DNA of 48,142 nt from positions 1 through 48,142 of the forward strand of contig JAKPZB010000078.1 of assembly GCA_029560215.1 (NCBI GenBank), in the 5' to 3' direction. This DNA is from Methanobacteriota archaeon (lineage in GTDB: Archaea; Thermoplasmatota; Thermoplasmata; Methanomassiliicoccales; UBA472). The position numbers and the translations under genes were made by a program. Positions 28,508-38,075 of the stretch are shown one piece after another (the first letter of the stretch is position 1; each line of letters begins with the position of its first letter). The notes under the pieces were generated by a model. That model was given only the letters and a program-made list of their open reading frames with translations, did not search any database and was not told the origin of the DNA.

Positions 28508-29173
28508 ATGAGGATCGCCCAGGTGACTGGTTTCTTGGGGAGCGGCAAGACCACCTTCCTGATCGAGGTGGCCAAGGAGCTTAACTCCCGCGGGCTCAAG
28601 GTGGCCACCATCGTGAACGACGTCGGCCATATCAACGTCGACCGCAAGTGCATGGAGGTGCACGGCATCGACACCATGGAGATATCCGGAGGATGCATCT
28701 GTTGCGAGGTGCAGGGCACCCTCACCACCACGGTGACCAACATCTACATGAGCTACCGGCCGGACGTCATTCTGGTCGAGCCCACCGGCGTGGCCATCCC
28801 CCTCGGCCTCAAGCAGGCCGCGGCGGAGACGGTCAAGAAGATGCCCAAGGTCCTGGAGCAGTCGCCGATCGTCACCTTCGTGGACGCCATGCGCATCGAC
28901 AAGCTCATGAACAACGTCCGCCGGCTGGTCGAGACCCAGATCGTGGAGGCGGACGCCGTGCTCATCAACAAGGTGGACGCGGTGAGCGATGAGCGCCTGC
29001 GCCAGGTGACCGAGATGGTGACGGGGCTGAACCCGGAGGTACGGTTGTTCTACGGCTCGTCGCGGACAGGGCAGGGCGTCAAGGAGGTGGCCGACCTGAT
29101 GGTGCATGGACAGGCGGTCACCTACGACCTCTCGGACGCCGAGGAACGCTTCGACCGGAAGTACGGGGAGTGA
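28508..29173 (+). CDS. CobW/HypB/UreG-family (COG0523) GTP-binding protein
   Basis: TGFLGSGKTT, IVNDVG, GGCICC, VEPTG, INKVD. Confidence 0.9.
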   Translation: MRIAQVTGFLGSGKTTFLIEVAKELNSRGLKVATIVNDVGHINVDRKCMEVHGIDTMEISGGCICCEVQGTLTTTVTNIYMSYRPDVILVEPTGVAIPLGLKQAAAETVKKMPKVLEQSPIVTFVDAMRIDKLMNNVRRLVETQIVEADAVLINKVDAVSDERLRQVTEMVTGLNPEVRLFYGSSRTGQGVKEVADLMVHGQAVTYDLSDAEERFDRKYGE

Positions 29174-29177
29174 ACGG

Positions 29178-29630
29178 ATGGACCAGAAGGAAAGACAGCT
29201 TCTCACCCACCGCGCCTCGGACGAGCTGGGAAAGTTCTCCATGTGGTTGCGTTTGTACATCACCGACCCCTTGGACGGAGCGCGATCGGAAAAGATGGTC
29301 CTGGACCTTATGAACGGAATAACCAAGGAATGCTTCGCCCGGGGGGCAGACATGATCGGGCACGTCAAGTCCTTCCTGACCGCCGAGGGCGGCTCGACCA
29401 TATCGGTCAGCCTAATCGACCTGGACATCCCGCCGACGGTGCAGAACCGCTTCGACGGCACCATGATGAGCCGGGGCGAGCTCATCGTCCATGTCATCGT
29501 GCACGGGATGTGGGACCCCCAGGTCCGTGAGACGTCGCTGGAGTTCACCAAGGGGTTCATGGCCGAGCGCTCCATCGACTACGAAGTGATCAACGACTTC
29601 TACGAGAAGGAGAAGCGGGTCAAGGACTGA
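29178..29630 (+). CDS. Hypothetical protein, partner of the CobW-like GTPase
   Basis: GADMIGHVKSF..SVSL motif; starts 4 bp after the GTPase stop. Confidence 0.78.
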   Translation: MDQKERQLLTHRASDELGKFSMWLRLYITDPLDGARSEKMVLDLMNGITKECFARGADMIGHVKSFLTAEGGSTISVSLIDLDIPPTVQNRFDGTMMSRGELIVHVIVHGMWDPQVRETSLEFTKGFMAERSIDYEVINDFYEKEKRVKD

Positions 29631-29669
29631 GCGGGAAAGGATATCTACGGCCCATGCCCATTAGGGCGC

Positions 29670-30719
29670 ATGTTCCCGCGTGAAAGGTTCGAGGCAGCTT
29701 TTGAGAAAGCCCCCGCCGACCGACCGCCAATCATGTATCAACATCTCGGGGCGGCGAGGACCGTTCTTAACGCCGCCGGGCTCACCATGCGGGAGGGCTT
29801 CCACGACCCGGAGAAGTTCGCCAAGATATGCATCATGGCCCAGCGCATCACCGGCTTCGACAACGTGATGGCCGGATGGGGGGACATTCTGGTCGAAGCG
29901 AGGGCGCACGGCACCCGGTGGAGGTGGCCGGAGAAGGACTATTACCCGAGGTCGGACGGCTACGCCATATCGTCCCTGGCCGAACTGGACAAGGTCCAGC
30001 CCGTCGATCCCATGAAGGATGAGTTCTGGTCCGTTCCCCTTCGGGCCGCGGGGCTGCTTCAGGAACGCCACGGCAACGAGGTGGCGGTGGTCGGCTGCAT
30101 CAACGGGCCGATGATGATGAGCGGGGAGATCATGGGTTACGAAAATTTGCTGATGTCCACCTGGTCCGAGCCCGACCTGGCCTCTCAGCTCATGGACCGC
30201 ATGCTGGAGTCGTCGCGGATGTACGGCGAACACCTCTCAAGGATGGGGATCGGCCACGTGTTCATCGAGGATGGCACCTGCTCGCCGGACGTGAACTCCA
30301 TAGAGGGACTGCGGAAGTTCGATCTTGGGTATCTGTCCAAGCTAATGGCCTCCTTCCGTTCAAACGGAATAAGGTCCATCGTTCACAATTGCGCGGTCAA
30401 TCCCTATACAGATGGTTACCTGGAGATGACCATCGAGGCACTGCATCTCACCCCCAAGGCCGATGACCGCAAGGCGGCCTACGACAGATTCCGCTCCCGG
30501 ACTACGGTGATTGGAGGAATAGACCAGACCTTCCTGCTCTTCAAGGGCACCCCTGCGCAGGTGGAGGCCGAGGTCCGGGGAATGATGAACGATTGGGGCG
30601 ATGCTCCGGGCTTCATGATCGCCCCGGGATGCGAGATGCCCTTCAAGACCCCGATCGAGAACATCATCGCCCTTAGAGAGGCTGCTGCAAGATGCTACTC
30701 CGGGTCGGGCAATGGTTGA
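29670..30719 (+). CDS. Uroporphyrinogen decarboxylase / MtaA-like TIM-barrel methyltransferase
   Basis: PRERF..ADRPP, VEARAHG, INGPM, HNC Zn motif, GGID, GTP..V..E, APGCEMP..TP.ENI. Confidence 0.85.
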   Translation: MFPRERFEAAFEKAPADRPPIMYQHLGAARTVLNAAGLTMREGFHDPEKFAKICIMAQRITGFDNVMAGWGDILVEARAHGTRWRWPEKDYYPRSDGYAISSLAELDKVQPVDPMKDEFWSVPLRAAGLLQERHGNEVAVVGCINGPMMMSGEIMGYENLLMSTWSEPDLASQLMDRMLESSRMYGEHLSRMGIGHVFIEDGTCSPDVNSIEGLRKFDLGYLSKLMASFRSNGIRSIVHNCAVNPYTDGYLEMTIEALHLTPKADDRKAAYDRFRSRTTVIGGIDQTFLLFKGTPAQVEAEVRGMMNDWGDAPGFMIAPGCEMPFKTPIENIIALREAAARCYSGSGNG

Positions 30720-30892
30720 ACGTTTGTTAAAATATTTACAATCGTTTCATCTCCATTGAATCGAGCCAGTAGTAAATAATTAACCAGTGTTAATGGATGC
30801 TCTTCAAACCTTTCGTTACGATAGATTAATGTACAGAAAATTAGATACTCGCAATTAGGTCAGATTCCTACTGGATATAAGGAGGAAGTAAT

Positions 30893-31909
30893 TTGTCCGA
30901 AAAATTGACTCCGAGGGACAGGGTATTAGATGCCCTTAAGGGAAAGAAGCATGACAGACCCCCGGTCGCGGTCTTCACTCAGAGCGCTACCATGGGACAG
31001 ATGGACAGACTCGGTGTGGCCTGGCCGGAAGCCCATTACGACATCGATAAGATGGTGACCTTGGGCGGGGGACAGGCCAAGATCTTTGGGTTCGAGGCCG
31101 TCAGGGCTCCGTTCTGCCTTACCGTAGAGGCGGAGAGCCTGGGCATGACCGTTGACAAAGGCCGAAAGGACCGTACCCCGATGGTCAAGGGACACTCCGC
31201 GGCCATGGAGGACGAACCGGCCCTCATTGATGTCGGAACCTTCCTGAAGTCGGGCCGCGCGGCTATCGTTCAGAAGGCCGTCACCAAGATGAAGGCGGTC
31301 TATGGCGCCGAGTACCCGGTGATCGCCGGGAACACTGGACCGTTCACCCTGGCCGGTCACCTGGTCGGTACCGAGAACTTGGTGCTGTACATCATGGTCG
31401 ACCCACCTCTAGTGAACAAGTGGGTCGAAGCGGCTAACGTCATATGCAAGGGATACAGCCAGGCCCTGGCGGATGCTGGAGCAGATGTCGTCCAGATGTC
31501 CGAGCCTTCCGCTAGCACCGACCTGCTCTCGCCGGATATGTTCGATGATTACGCAGGCAAGTACGTGGCAGACAGCCTGGCCCCGGTCAAGGGAGCCACA
31601 GGCGTTCTGCACATCTGCGGCAACACCACCGACATCCTGAACAACATGATCAACACCGGCGTCAAGGCCCTCTCCATCGAGGAGAAGGTCGTCCCGGAAG
31701 AGGCGGTCAGGATCGTCAACCACCGCGCCGCACTGATCGGTAACGTCGGTGTGGTCAACCCGCTGCTGCAGGGAACCCCTGAGGACGTCCTAGCCCACGG
31801 AAAGCGCTGCGCTGCCGCCGGCTTCGACGTGGTGTCCCCGGGATGCGGCCTCTCCGCCCTGATCAAGGACGAGAACCTGGCCGCCCTGGTCAAGGCCGTA
31901 AAGGGCTAA
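30893..31909 (+). CDS. mtaA: Methylcobamide:CoM methyltransferase, MtaA/CmuA family
   Basis: LTPRDR, WPEAH, VRAPFCLTVEAESLG, GPFTLAGHL, SEPSAS.DLLSP, LHICG, PGCG; TTG start with AGGAGG SD. Confidence 0.88.
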   Translation: MSEKLTPRDRVLDALKGKKHDRPPVAVFTQSATMGQMDRLGVAWPEAHYDIDKMVTLGGGQAKIFGFEAVRAPFCLTVEAESLGMTVDKGRKDRTPMVKGHSAAMEDEPALIDVGTFLKSGRAAIVQKAVTKMKAVYGAEYPVIAGNTGPFTLAGHLVGTENLVLYIMVDPPLVNKWVEAANVICKGYSQALADAGADVVQMSEPSASTDLLSPDMFDDYAGKYVADSLAPVKGATGVLHICGNTTDILNNMINTGVKALSIEEKVVPEEAVRIVNHRAALIGNVGVVNPLLQGTPEDVLAHGKRCAAAGFDVVSPGCGLSALIKDENLAALVKAVKG

Positions 31910-31950
31910 AAGCCCTCAAACCCCCTTTTTCATTTTTCCTTTTTTCTTGC
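31910..31950 (+). terminator. Oligo-T terminator after mtaA
   Basis: AAACCCCCTTTTTTCATTTTTCCTTTTTT. Confidence 0.55.
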
Positions 31951-33012
31951 TTTTCCATCCTGGTCGAAGTACCGTCCCTTGAACCATAGCGACAGATTGA
32001 CCAGGCTTATGAGCGCCGGCACCTCCACCAAAGGTCCGACCACCGCGGCGAAGGCCACCCCCGAACCGATGCCGAAGACCCCTATGGCCACGGCGATGGC
32101 CAGCTCGAAGTTGTTGGAGGAGGCGGTGAAGGATTGCGCGGCCGCGTGCGGATAGTCGAAGCGCAGCTTGATGGAGAGATAGAAGGAAAGCAGGAACATC
32201 ACCAGGAAGTATATCAGCAGGGGAATGGCTATGCGAAGGACATCAAGAGGCAGCTCGACCAGGTACTCGCCCTTCAGGGAGAACATCACCACGATGGTGA
32301 ACAGCAGAGCGAGGAGAGAGACCTTGCCCATGACCGGCATGAACCGCCCGTCATACCATTCCGGCCCCTTCCTTTTTCTAAGGAAGCGGCGGGTCAGCAT
32401 CCCTCCGAAGAAAGGTATGCCGAGATATATCAGGACGGTGACCGCGACCTGCACTATGGTTATGTCGACCTCCACCCCCGAGCCGGGAACGAGGGCCTCG
32501 GAAAGCACGAACACCAGGAAGTAGGCGTAGAAGGCGTAGAGGGCGATCTGAAAGAGGGAGTTGAGGGCCACCAGGACCGCGGCGTACTCGGAATCGCCCT
32601 TGGCCAGCTGGTTCCAGACCAGGACCATGGCGATGCAGCGGGCGATGCCCGTCAGGATCAGGCCGATGCGGTACTCGGGGAGATCGGGAAGGAAGATCCA
32701 GGCCAGGACGAACATCAACATCGGCCCGACCAGGTAGTTGAGGAGTAGCGAGACCGAGAACATCCTCTTGGTCTCCGGCATGCGGGTCAGTTTCGGAAGG
32801 TCCTCGTACCTCACCTTGGCCAGGGGAGGGAACATCATGAGGATGAGGCCGATGGCGATGGGCAGGGAAGTGGTCCCCACGCTCAGGGAGTCCAGGGCAT
32901 CGGCCAGACCGGGAACGGCGGTGCCAAGCCCGACCCCTATGGCCATGGCCAGGAAGATCCATACGGTCAGGTACCGGTTCAGGAACGAAAGCTTACCCGA
33001 GGCGTTCGACAC
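31930..33012 (-). CDS. acr3: ACR3 family arsenite efflux transporter
   Basis: [73 protein letters not shown] start with AGGTGA SD. Confidence 0.95.
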   Translation of the reverse strand: MSNASGKLSFLNRYLTVWIFLAMAIGVGLGTAVPGLADALDSLSVGTTSLPIAIGLILMMFPPLAKVRYEDLPKLTRMPETKRMFSVSLLLNYLVGPMLMFVLAWIFLPDLPEYRIGLILTGIARCIAMVLVWNQLAKGDSEYAAVLVALNSLFQIALYAFYAYFLVFVLSEALVPGSGVEVDITIVQVAVTVLIYLGIPFFGGMLTRRFLRKRKGPEWYDGRFMPVMGKVSLLALLFTIVVMFSLKGEYLVELPLDVLRIAIPLLIYFLVMFLLSFYLSIKLRFDYPHAAAQSFTASSNNFELAIAVAIGVFGIGSGVAFAAVVGPLVEVPALISLVNLSLWFKGRYFDQDGKARKKEK

Positions 33013-33048
33013 TGTGTCACCTGCTCGGTAATCGCGGTTCAAAATATA

Positions 33049-33062
33049 TTGAAATATTCTAG
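33049..33062. promoter_or_regulatory. Putative ArsR-type operator upstream of acr3
   Basis: TTGAAATATTCTAG, 13/14 identical to 34550-34563. Confidence 0.55.
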
Positions 33063-33158
33063 GTTTACCAGTTCGGGGATTATCGGACCACGGCCGGTCG
33101 GCGGGCCGTGATCGCTGGTAAGTATTTTTAGATCCGGCAACCGGCCCTCATAGGGCAT

Positions 33159-33392
33159 TCATTCCTTGAGCATCTCGACCAGTTCGCCCACCGGAGGGAC
33201 CTTTCCCATGAACCTGAGCATCCCGTCGATCGCCAGGGCCGGGGTGACCATTATTCCCCGGTCGGTAATGGCATCGATGTCCTCGATCTTGACCACCTCG
33301 GCCTTAATCCCGGCCTGGTCTAGGGCCTCGATGACGTTCCTTTCCAACCTCTTGCATTTGGCGCATCCGGTACCGAACACCTCAATCTTCAC
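33159..33392 (-). CDS. Small redox-active disulfide protein (thioredoxin-like)
   Basis: MKIEVFGTGCAKC..GIMVTPALAIDG..GKVP; GGAGGT SD. Confidence 0.9.
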   Translation of the reverse strand: MKIEVFGTGCAKCKRLERNVIEALDQAGIKAEVVKIEDIDAITDRGIMVTPALAIDGMLRFMGKVPPVGELVEMLKE

Positions 33393-33437
33393 GATCTTCA
33401 ACCTCCGATATAGTGCGAGAACATACCATCATCCTGT

Positions 33438-34490
33438 TCATCCTGCTAACGCTCCGAATATCATACCGGCGACGGTGGACATCAGTACCACCAACAACGC
33501 ATACGCCACCGTCTTCTTCACGCCCATGATCCGTCCCAAGACCACCAGGGAGGGGGCGCTGATCGTTGGACCTGAAAGGAGGAGGGCAAGGGCGGGACCG
33601 GCGGCCATGGCCCCGGTGGAATAGCCGAAGGTGGTACCGATTATGGGAACCTCCAGCAGGGTGGGCATATAAAGTATCGTGCCAAGGATGGAAGCGAGCA
33701 GGTTGGCCGATGGTGAATTATCCCCCAAATACGGAGAGAAGGTCTCTGGAGGAAGGAAATATGCCAGGACGCCTACGGCGAATGTCCCGACGAGCAGAAT
33801 CGGCACTATCTTCTTGGCCAGGTCCCATGTCTCCATTCCCCAGTCGGTGATCTCGTCCCTCTCGAAATGATATATCGCCAGATAGGCCACCAGAAGGGTC
33901 AACGCATACACCATCGGCAACTTAACAAGCCAATCCAGCGGTGAAGCGCCTATCACCAGGATGAGGATCAGGAGGGAGAAGAAGCTGAGGATCACCCATT
34001 TCGGCTTTTCCTCCCCGCTCGATGGCAGCTTGAACTCGCCTTTGGGCCGCTCATTGCGGAACAGACCGGCCATGATCAGTCCCACCAGCATCGACATGCC
34101 TATCGCGGCGATCGCCCTGGCGATCCCAATATCGTAGCCGAGCACTTGGGCGGTGTAGATGATGGCCAGGACGTTTATACCCGGTCCGGCGAACAGGAAG
34201 GTGATCGCTGGACCCAATCCGCTCCCTTTTTTATAGATGCCAGTGAAGAGGGGCAGAATGGTGCAGCTGCACACCGCCAGCACCAGGCCGGATATGGAAG
34301 CCACCGGATATGATATGTATTTCCGGGTATGTGGACCGAAGTACTTCAGGATGGCCTCCTTCCTGACAAAGGCGGCGATGGCACCGGCGATGAAGAACGC
34401 CGGTATCAAGCAGGTGAGGGTGTGCTGGGAAACGTACTCGATCAATCCATCGATGCCGCTCCGCAACGCCCCCAACAAAATGTCTTCCGT
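33438..34490 (-). CDS. ArsP/DUF318 family permease (start may be ACG at 34490 or TTG at 34478)
   Basis: HTLTCLIPAFFIAGAI, LAVCSCTILPLF.GIYKKG.GLGPA, MPTLLEVPI, GPALALLLSGP. Confidence 0.88.
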   Translation of the reverse strand, partial: TEDILLGALRSGIDGLIEYVSQHTLTCLIPAFFIAGAIAAFVRKEAILKYFGPHTRKYISYPVASISGLVLAVCSCTILPLFTGIYKKGSGLGPAITFLFAGPGINVLAIIYTAQVLGYDIGIARAIAAIGMSMLVGLIMAGLFRNERPKGEFKLPSSGEEKPKWVILSFFSLLILILVIGASPLDWLVKLPMVYALTLLVAYLAIYHFERDEITDWGMETWDLAKKIVPILLVGTFAVGVLAYFLPPETFSPYLGDNSPSANLLASILGTILYMPTLLEVPIIGTTFGYSTGAMAAGPALALLLSGPTISAPSLVVLGRIMGVKKTVAYALLVVLMSTVAGMIFGALAG

Positions 34491-34549
34491 CGGACCACCT
34501 TCAATTTCAAATTATTTTGTAATGGCATTCGATAGATAATAAATATTAT

Positions 34550-34563
34550 TTAAAATATTCTAG
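34550..34563. promoter_or_regulatory. Putative ArsR-type operator upstream of the permease
   Basis: TTAAAATATTCTAG, 13/14 identical to 33049-33062. Confidence 0.55.
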
Positions 34564-34638
34564 AAACAGTTTGCCTCATATACAGTATCCAGTGCGCGTC
34601 GCTCCGTTGGAAAGGCGGCGAGGTGACGGTAATCTTCG

Positions 34639-36606
34639 TTACTTCTTCTTCCCCTTGGGCGCCGGGTCCCCGGTAGCCCGGGCGACGATATCAACCCAGG
34701 CGGTCTGCTCCCCTTCCACGTTGTCCCCGCCGAAGAACTTGTTGTGATAGACATCGCTGCGCACCCGTATGTTCTCCGCCCCCGCCTCGTAGACCTTGTT
34801 CCGCACGTACTCCTCGGCCTGCCGACGGGCGGAGCTTATAGCCTGCTCGACATGACCGTAGGTGGTCGGCGTTCCGAAGGGGCCCAGCACGAAGAACACG
34901 TTGTCCATGTTCGGGAAGACCTGGGCGGTGACCGTTTCGGATATCTGGCTGCAGACGGCCCCCACCGCGTTGCCGACATCGTGGTCCTTGGGCATGATCA
35001 CCTTGACGTTCATGCGCTTCTCGAGAGGAGGCATGTAGATATGGGTCGGCGCACCGATGCCTACCAGGGGCCGGTCCAGTCCGGTATGGGAGGTGATGCT
35101 GCTATTATGGTTGCCGTTCACCGTCGACCTCAAGAGGTAGTTGAAACCAGTCGTGCCTTCCATATCGCCCGACTCGTCCAGCACCACCTTGCGCATGACC
35201 TCTTCGCCCACCCGGGTGATGAACTCCTGCTGGAAGGATTCCACGTAGTCCTCGAAGGATTTGTGCGCCCAGTTGGCCATGAACTGCACGCCCAGGCGGG
35301 CCGCCTCCACGTCAAAGCGGTCGAAGTACCCCTGCACGTGCATGAAATCCGTGGCGGTGAGCCCGGTCATCTGCAGGAAGCCGCGGTCCTTGAGATGCTT
35401 GACCACGTCCCGGTAGGTGTAGACCTCGGGATTGCCCAGCCGGACCTCCTCCAGGGTGCTGATGGGATGGGCTTTGACGAACTCGTAGACCGCCCTCTCC
35501 TTAGGGGAGAGCTTGGTCACCGCCCTATCCACGTGAACATAGTAGTTCGTCTCGCTGGTGGAGTTCATCTTCTCCTTGAGCCCCGGATAGGACGCCGAGG
35601 CGACCGACAGCGGCACCACCCGTTCCGGTCCGATCTTGAAGTTGCCCCGCTGATCGGACTCCACGTGGGAATCCCCTCCCAGACCCACGGTCCAGATGTC
35701 GATGGCCCGAACCCGGGTGCGCCAATGGCCGACGGTGGCCCCTTCCTTGGAGATGCGGGGGAACCCGTCATCCAGATAGGCGATGTCCGTGGACGTCCCG
35801 CCGATGTCCACCACGATGAAGCTTTCTTCCTTGCAGAGAAGCTTGCCGCCCATCAGGCTGGCCGCCGGCCCGGACAGGATGGTCTCCACCGGCCTCTCCC
35901 GGGCCTTATCGATGTTCATCAGCGTCCCGTCGCCCTTGAACACCAGGATGGTGGCATCGACGCCCCTTTCCTTCAAGGAACGTTCCACGCCGTCCAGGAA
36001 ATCGGAGATTATCGGCAGCAGGCGAGCGTTCAGCACCGCGGTGACGCTCCGTTCCGGAACCCCCAGCTGGGAAGTGAGATGATGTCCCAGCACCACCGGG
36101 AGCCCGGTGCGTTTCTTGATCATGCGGGAGGCTTCCAGCTCATGCGCGGGATTATAAACGCTGAAATGGCTGGAGACCACGAAGGAATCGACCTCCTCCT
36201 TCATCTTATCCACCGCCTGCTCCAGAGCTTCGGTGTCCAGGGGCGCCAGCTGCTGGGCCCAGACCCCGTGACCACCCTTGATGTAGGCGTCCATGTCGGC
36301 GCCCGAACGGTAATCGCCCATGGGCGTCCAGCCGATCCCGATGTGCCCGACCTTTCCTCCCTTTCCGGTGAGGATGGAATTGGTGGCCAGCGTCGTGGAT
36401 AGCCCTACGAACTGGATGTCCGCCCGGTCGAAGGCGTCGCTCGCCAACGCTTCATCGATAGCCCCAAGTATACCTATAGATAGATCATGATAGGTGGTCT
36501 GGGACTTGCCCTTGGACAGAACCTCCAAGGTGTCCATGTCCACGACAGCCGCGTCGGTGTATGTCCCACCGGTGTCCAGACCCAATCCCAGTCGTCTCGT
36601 CGCCAT
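34639..36606 (-). CDS. Hydantoinase/oxoprolinase family protein (A-subunit-like)
   Basis: LGLDTGGTYTDA, STTLATN, TAVLNARL, PVETILSGPAAS, VDIGGTSTDI, GLGGDS, VGNAVGA. Confidence 0.9.
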   Translation of the reverse strand: MATRRLGLGLDTGGTYTDAAVVDMDTLEVLSKGKSQTTYHDLSIGILGAIDEALASDAFDRADIQFVGLSTTLATNSILTGKGGKVGHIGIGWTPMGDYRSGADMDAYIKGGHGVWAQQLAPLDTEALEQAVDKMKEEVDSFVVSSHFSVYNPAHELEASRMIKKRTGLPVVLGHHLTSQLGVPERSVTAVLNARLLPIISDFLDGVERSLKERGVDATILVFKGDGTLMNIDKARERPVETILSGPAASLMGGKLLCKEESFIVVDIGGTSTDIAYLDDGFPRISKEGATVGHWRTRVRAIDIWTVGLGGDSHVESDQRGNFKIGPERVVPLSVASASYPGLKEKMNSTSETNYYVHVDRAVTKLSPKERAVYEFVKAHPISTLEEVRLGNPEVYTYRDVVKHLKDRGFLQMTGLTATDFMHVQGYFDRFDVEAARLGVQFMANWAHKSFEDYVESFQQEFITRVGEEVMRKVVLDESGDMEGTTGFNYLLRSTVNGNHNSSITSHTGLDRPLVGIGAPTHIYMPPLEKRMNVKVIMPKDHDVGNAVGAVCSQISETVTAQVFPNMDNVFFVLGPFGTPTTYGHVEQAISSARRQAEEYVRNKVYEAGAENIRVRSDVYHNKFFGGDNVEGEQTAWVDIVARATGDPAPKGKKK

Positions 36607-36656
36607 GTATATCCCTGGGGGATGCACGAGACCGGGATTTAAGAATTCTCTTACTC

Positions 36657-38021
36657 TCAAAGCAATATGGCGATGGGGAGCAAGAGCAGAACGAAGGCCG
36701 CCGCCGCGGTGCCGGCCAGCTTGAACCTCCCGGTCACCCCTTTCGTCCTGGCCCAGCAGAACATGGTGATGATGGAGAGGAGAGCCATCTGGAGGCCGCC
36801 CAGCAGGACGTACTTTTCCCCCACGCCGCTGAAGTCGTCGATGCGAATGTTAACGGCCATCAGGATGACCGCCAGACCTTCCAGGGCGATGAACGCGGTC
36901 GCCACCAGGAACGCTGAGGACGTGATGCGCCTGGGCCACTTGCTCAGCCCTGGGTGGGTGGAGACCAGCCAGGCGATGATGGCGATCATGGAAAGTACCA
37001 GCAGCTGGACGCCGGCCAGGCGGAAGGTCCTCTCCAGGATCGTTCCCAGCCCTTCTATGTAGGTGTTGGCGGCCAGGGCCATGGCGAACACGCCCTCGAA
37101 CGCCAGCATGGAGAGGGCGAAGGTCGGCAGGAACACCTTCGGGTAATGTCGGTCTAGCGGTTCCTTGCGCACCTTCCAGAGAACGGGAGCTATCAATCCT
37201 AGAGCGAAGAGCTGGGAGACCCCGGCCACCACCACCACCTTGATCACGCTACCCACTCCGTCCACGGCCACCGCTCCGACGTAGAAGGTGGCGAATACGC
37301 AACCGGCGGCGATCGTTCCTCCCAGGACGGTCATGGCCACCAGGCTGGGCCAGCCGTTGAGGAACTTGGGCAGCTTGGGGGCCAGCCAAGGATCGTAGGC
37401 CAGGGTCCAAAGGATGAACGTCAGCAGGCCGAGCGTCATCAGGACCAGGCCGCCGTTGGATATGGTGCTCTCCTGGAAGCCGGTGACCCCGATCACCCGG
37501 GTGGTTCCAGCTATTCCGTAGGCGACCAATCCCTCCACGGCTATCAACGCGGCGGCGATCTGCCCGAACGAGTCGGTCAGCCAGTTCTCCGACCTAATAC
37601 TGCGGAGCCGCCACAGACGCAGGGAGATGATGCCGATGCCGAAGAGCTGCCCTCCCACCAGCACTATCCATTTCTTTCCGACCCCTCCGAAGTCGGTGAT
37701 GAACACGTCTCCGGCCAGCACGGCGATGGCGATGCCCTCCACCGCCACCAGCCCCATGCCCAGATAGGCGAACAGGCTCAGAAGCCTGATCAGGATCGGT
37801 CTCTCCAGGTCGGGGAAGGCCATCGTGAAGGCCCAGACCGCGGTGATGAAGACCCCCAGGACCGCCAGCTGAACGGCCGCCAATTGGAAGGTGGAGGCCA
37901 TGATGGTCCCGACGCCGTCTATTCTGGTCACATCGGCCAGGCTGAGAGCGAAGAAGCCCTCGAAGGCGATGGCCCAGCCCAACAGGATGCCCGACAATGT
38001 TCGGTTGGATACGCCCTTCAT
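36657..38021 (-). CDS. Polytopic membrane protein built from six internal repeats
   Basis: Highly hydrophobic 454 aa; recurring EG..A.....I.G.G......G.QL unit. Confidence 0.8.
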   Translation of the reverse strand: MKGVSNRTLSGILLGWAIAFEGFFALSLADVTRIDGVGTIMASTFQLAAVQLAVLGVFITAVWAFTMAFPDLERPILIRLLSLFAYLGMGLVAVEGIAIAVLAGDVFITDFGGVGKKWIVLVGGQLFGIGIISLRLWRLRSIRSENWLTDSFGQIAAALIAVEGLVAYGIAGTTRVIGVTGFQESTISNGGLVLMTLGLLTFILWTLAYDPWLAPKLPKFLNGWPSLVAMTVLGGTIAAGCVFATFYVGAVAVDGVGSVIKVVVVAGVSQLFALGLIAPVLWKVRKEPLDRHYPKVFLPTFALSMLAFEGVFAMALAANTYIEGLGTILERTFRLAGVQLLVLSMIAIIAWLVSTHPGLSKWPRRITSSAFLVATAFIALEGLAVILMAVNIRIDDFSGVGEKYVLLGGLQMALLSIITMFCWARTKGVTGRFKLAGTAAAAFVLLLLPIAILL

Positions 38022-38075
38022 TCACTCCCCCGATTTCTGAAGATACCTCTCTCTTCGATTATACAAGTTACGCAG

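Noticed and set aside
30794..30812. TGGATG upstream of mtaA as a further operator
   Set aside because: Only the left half-site matches; the right half reads AACCTT. Lone half-sites at 532, 6497 and 40948 were also not counted.
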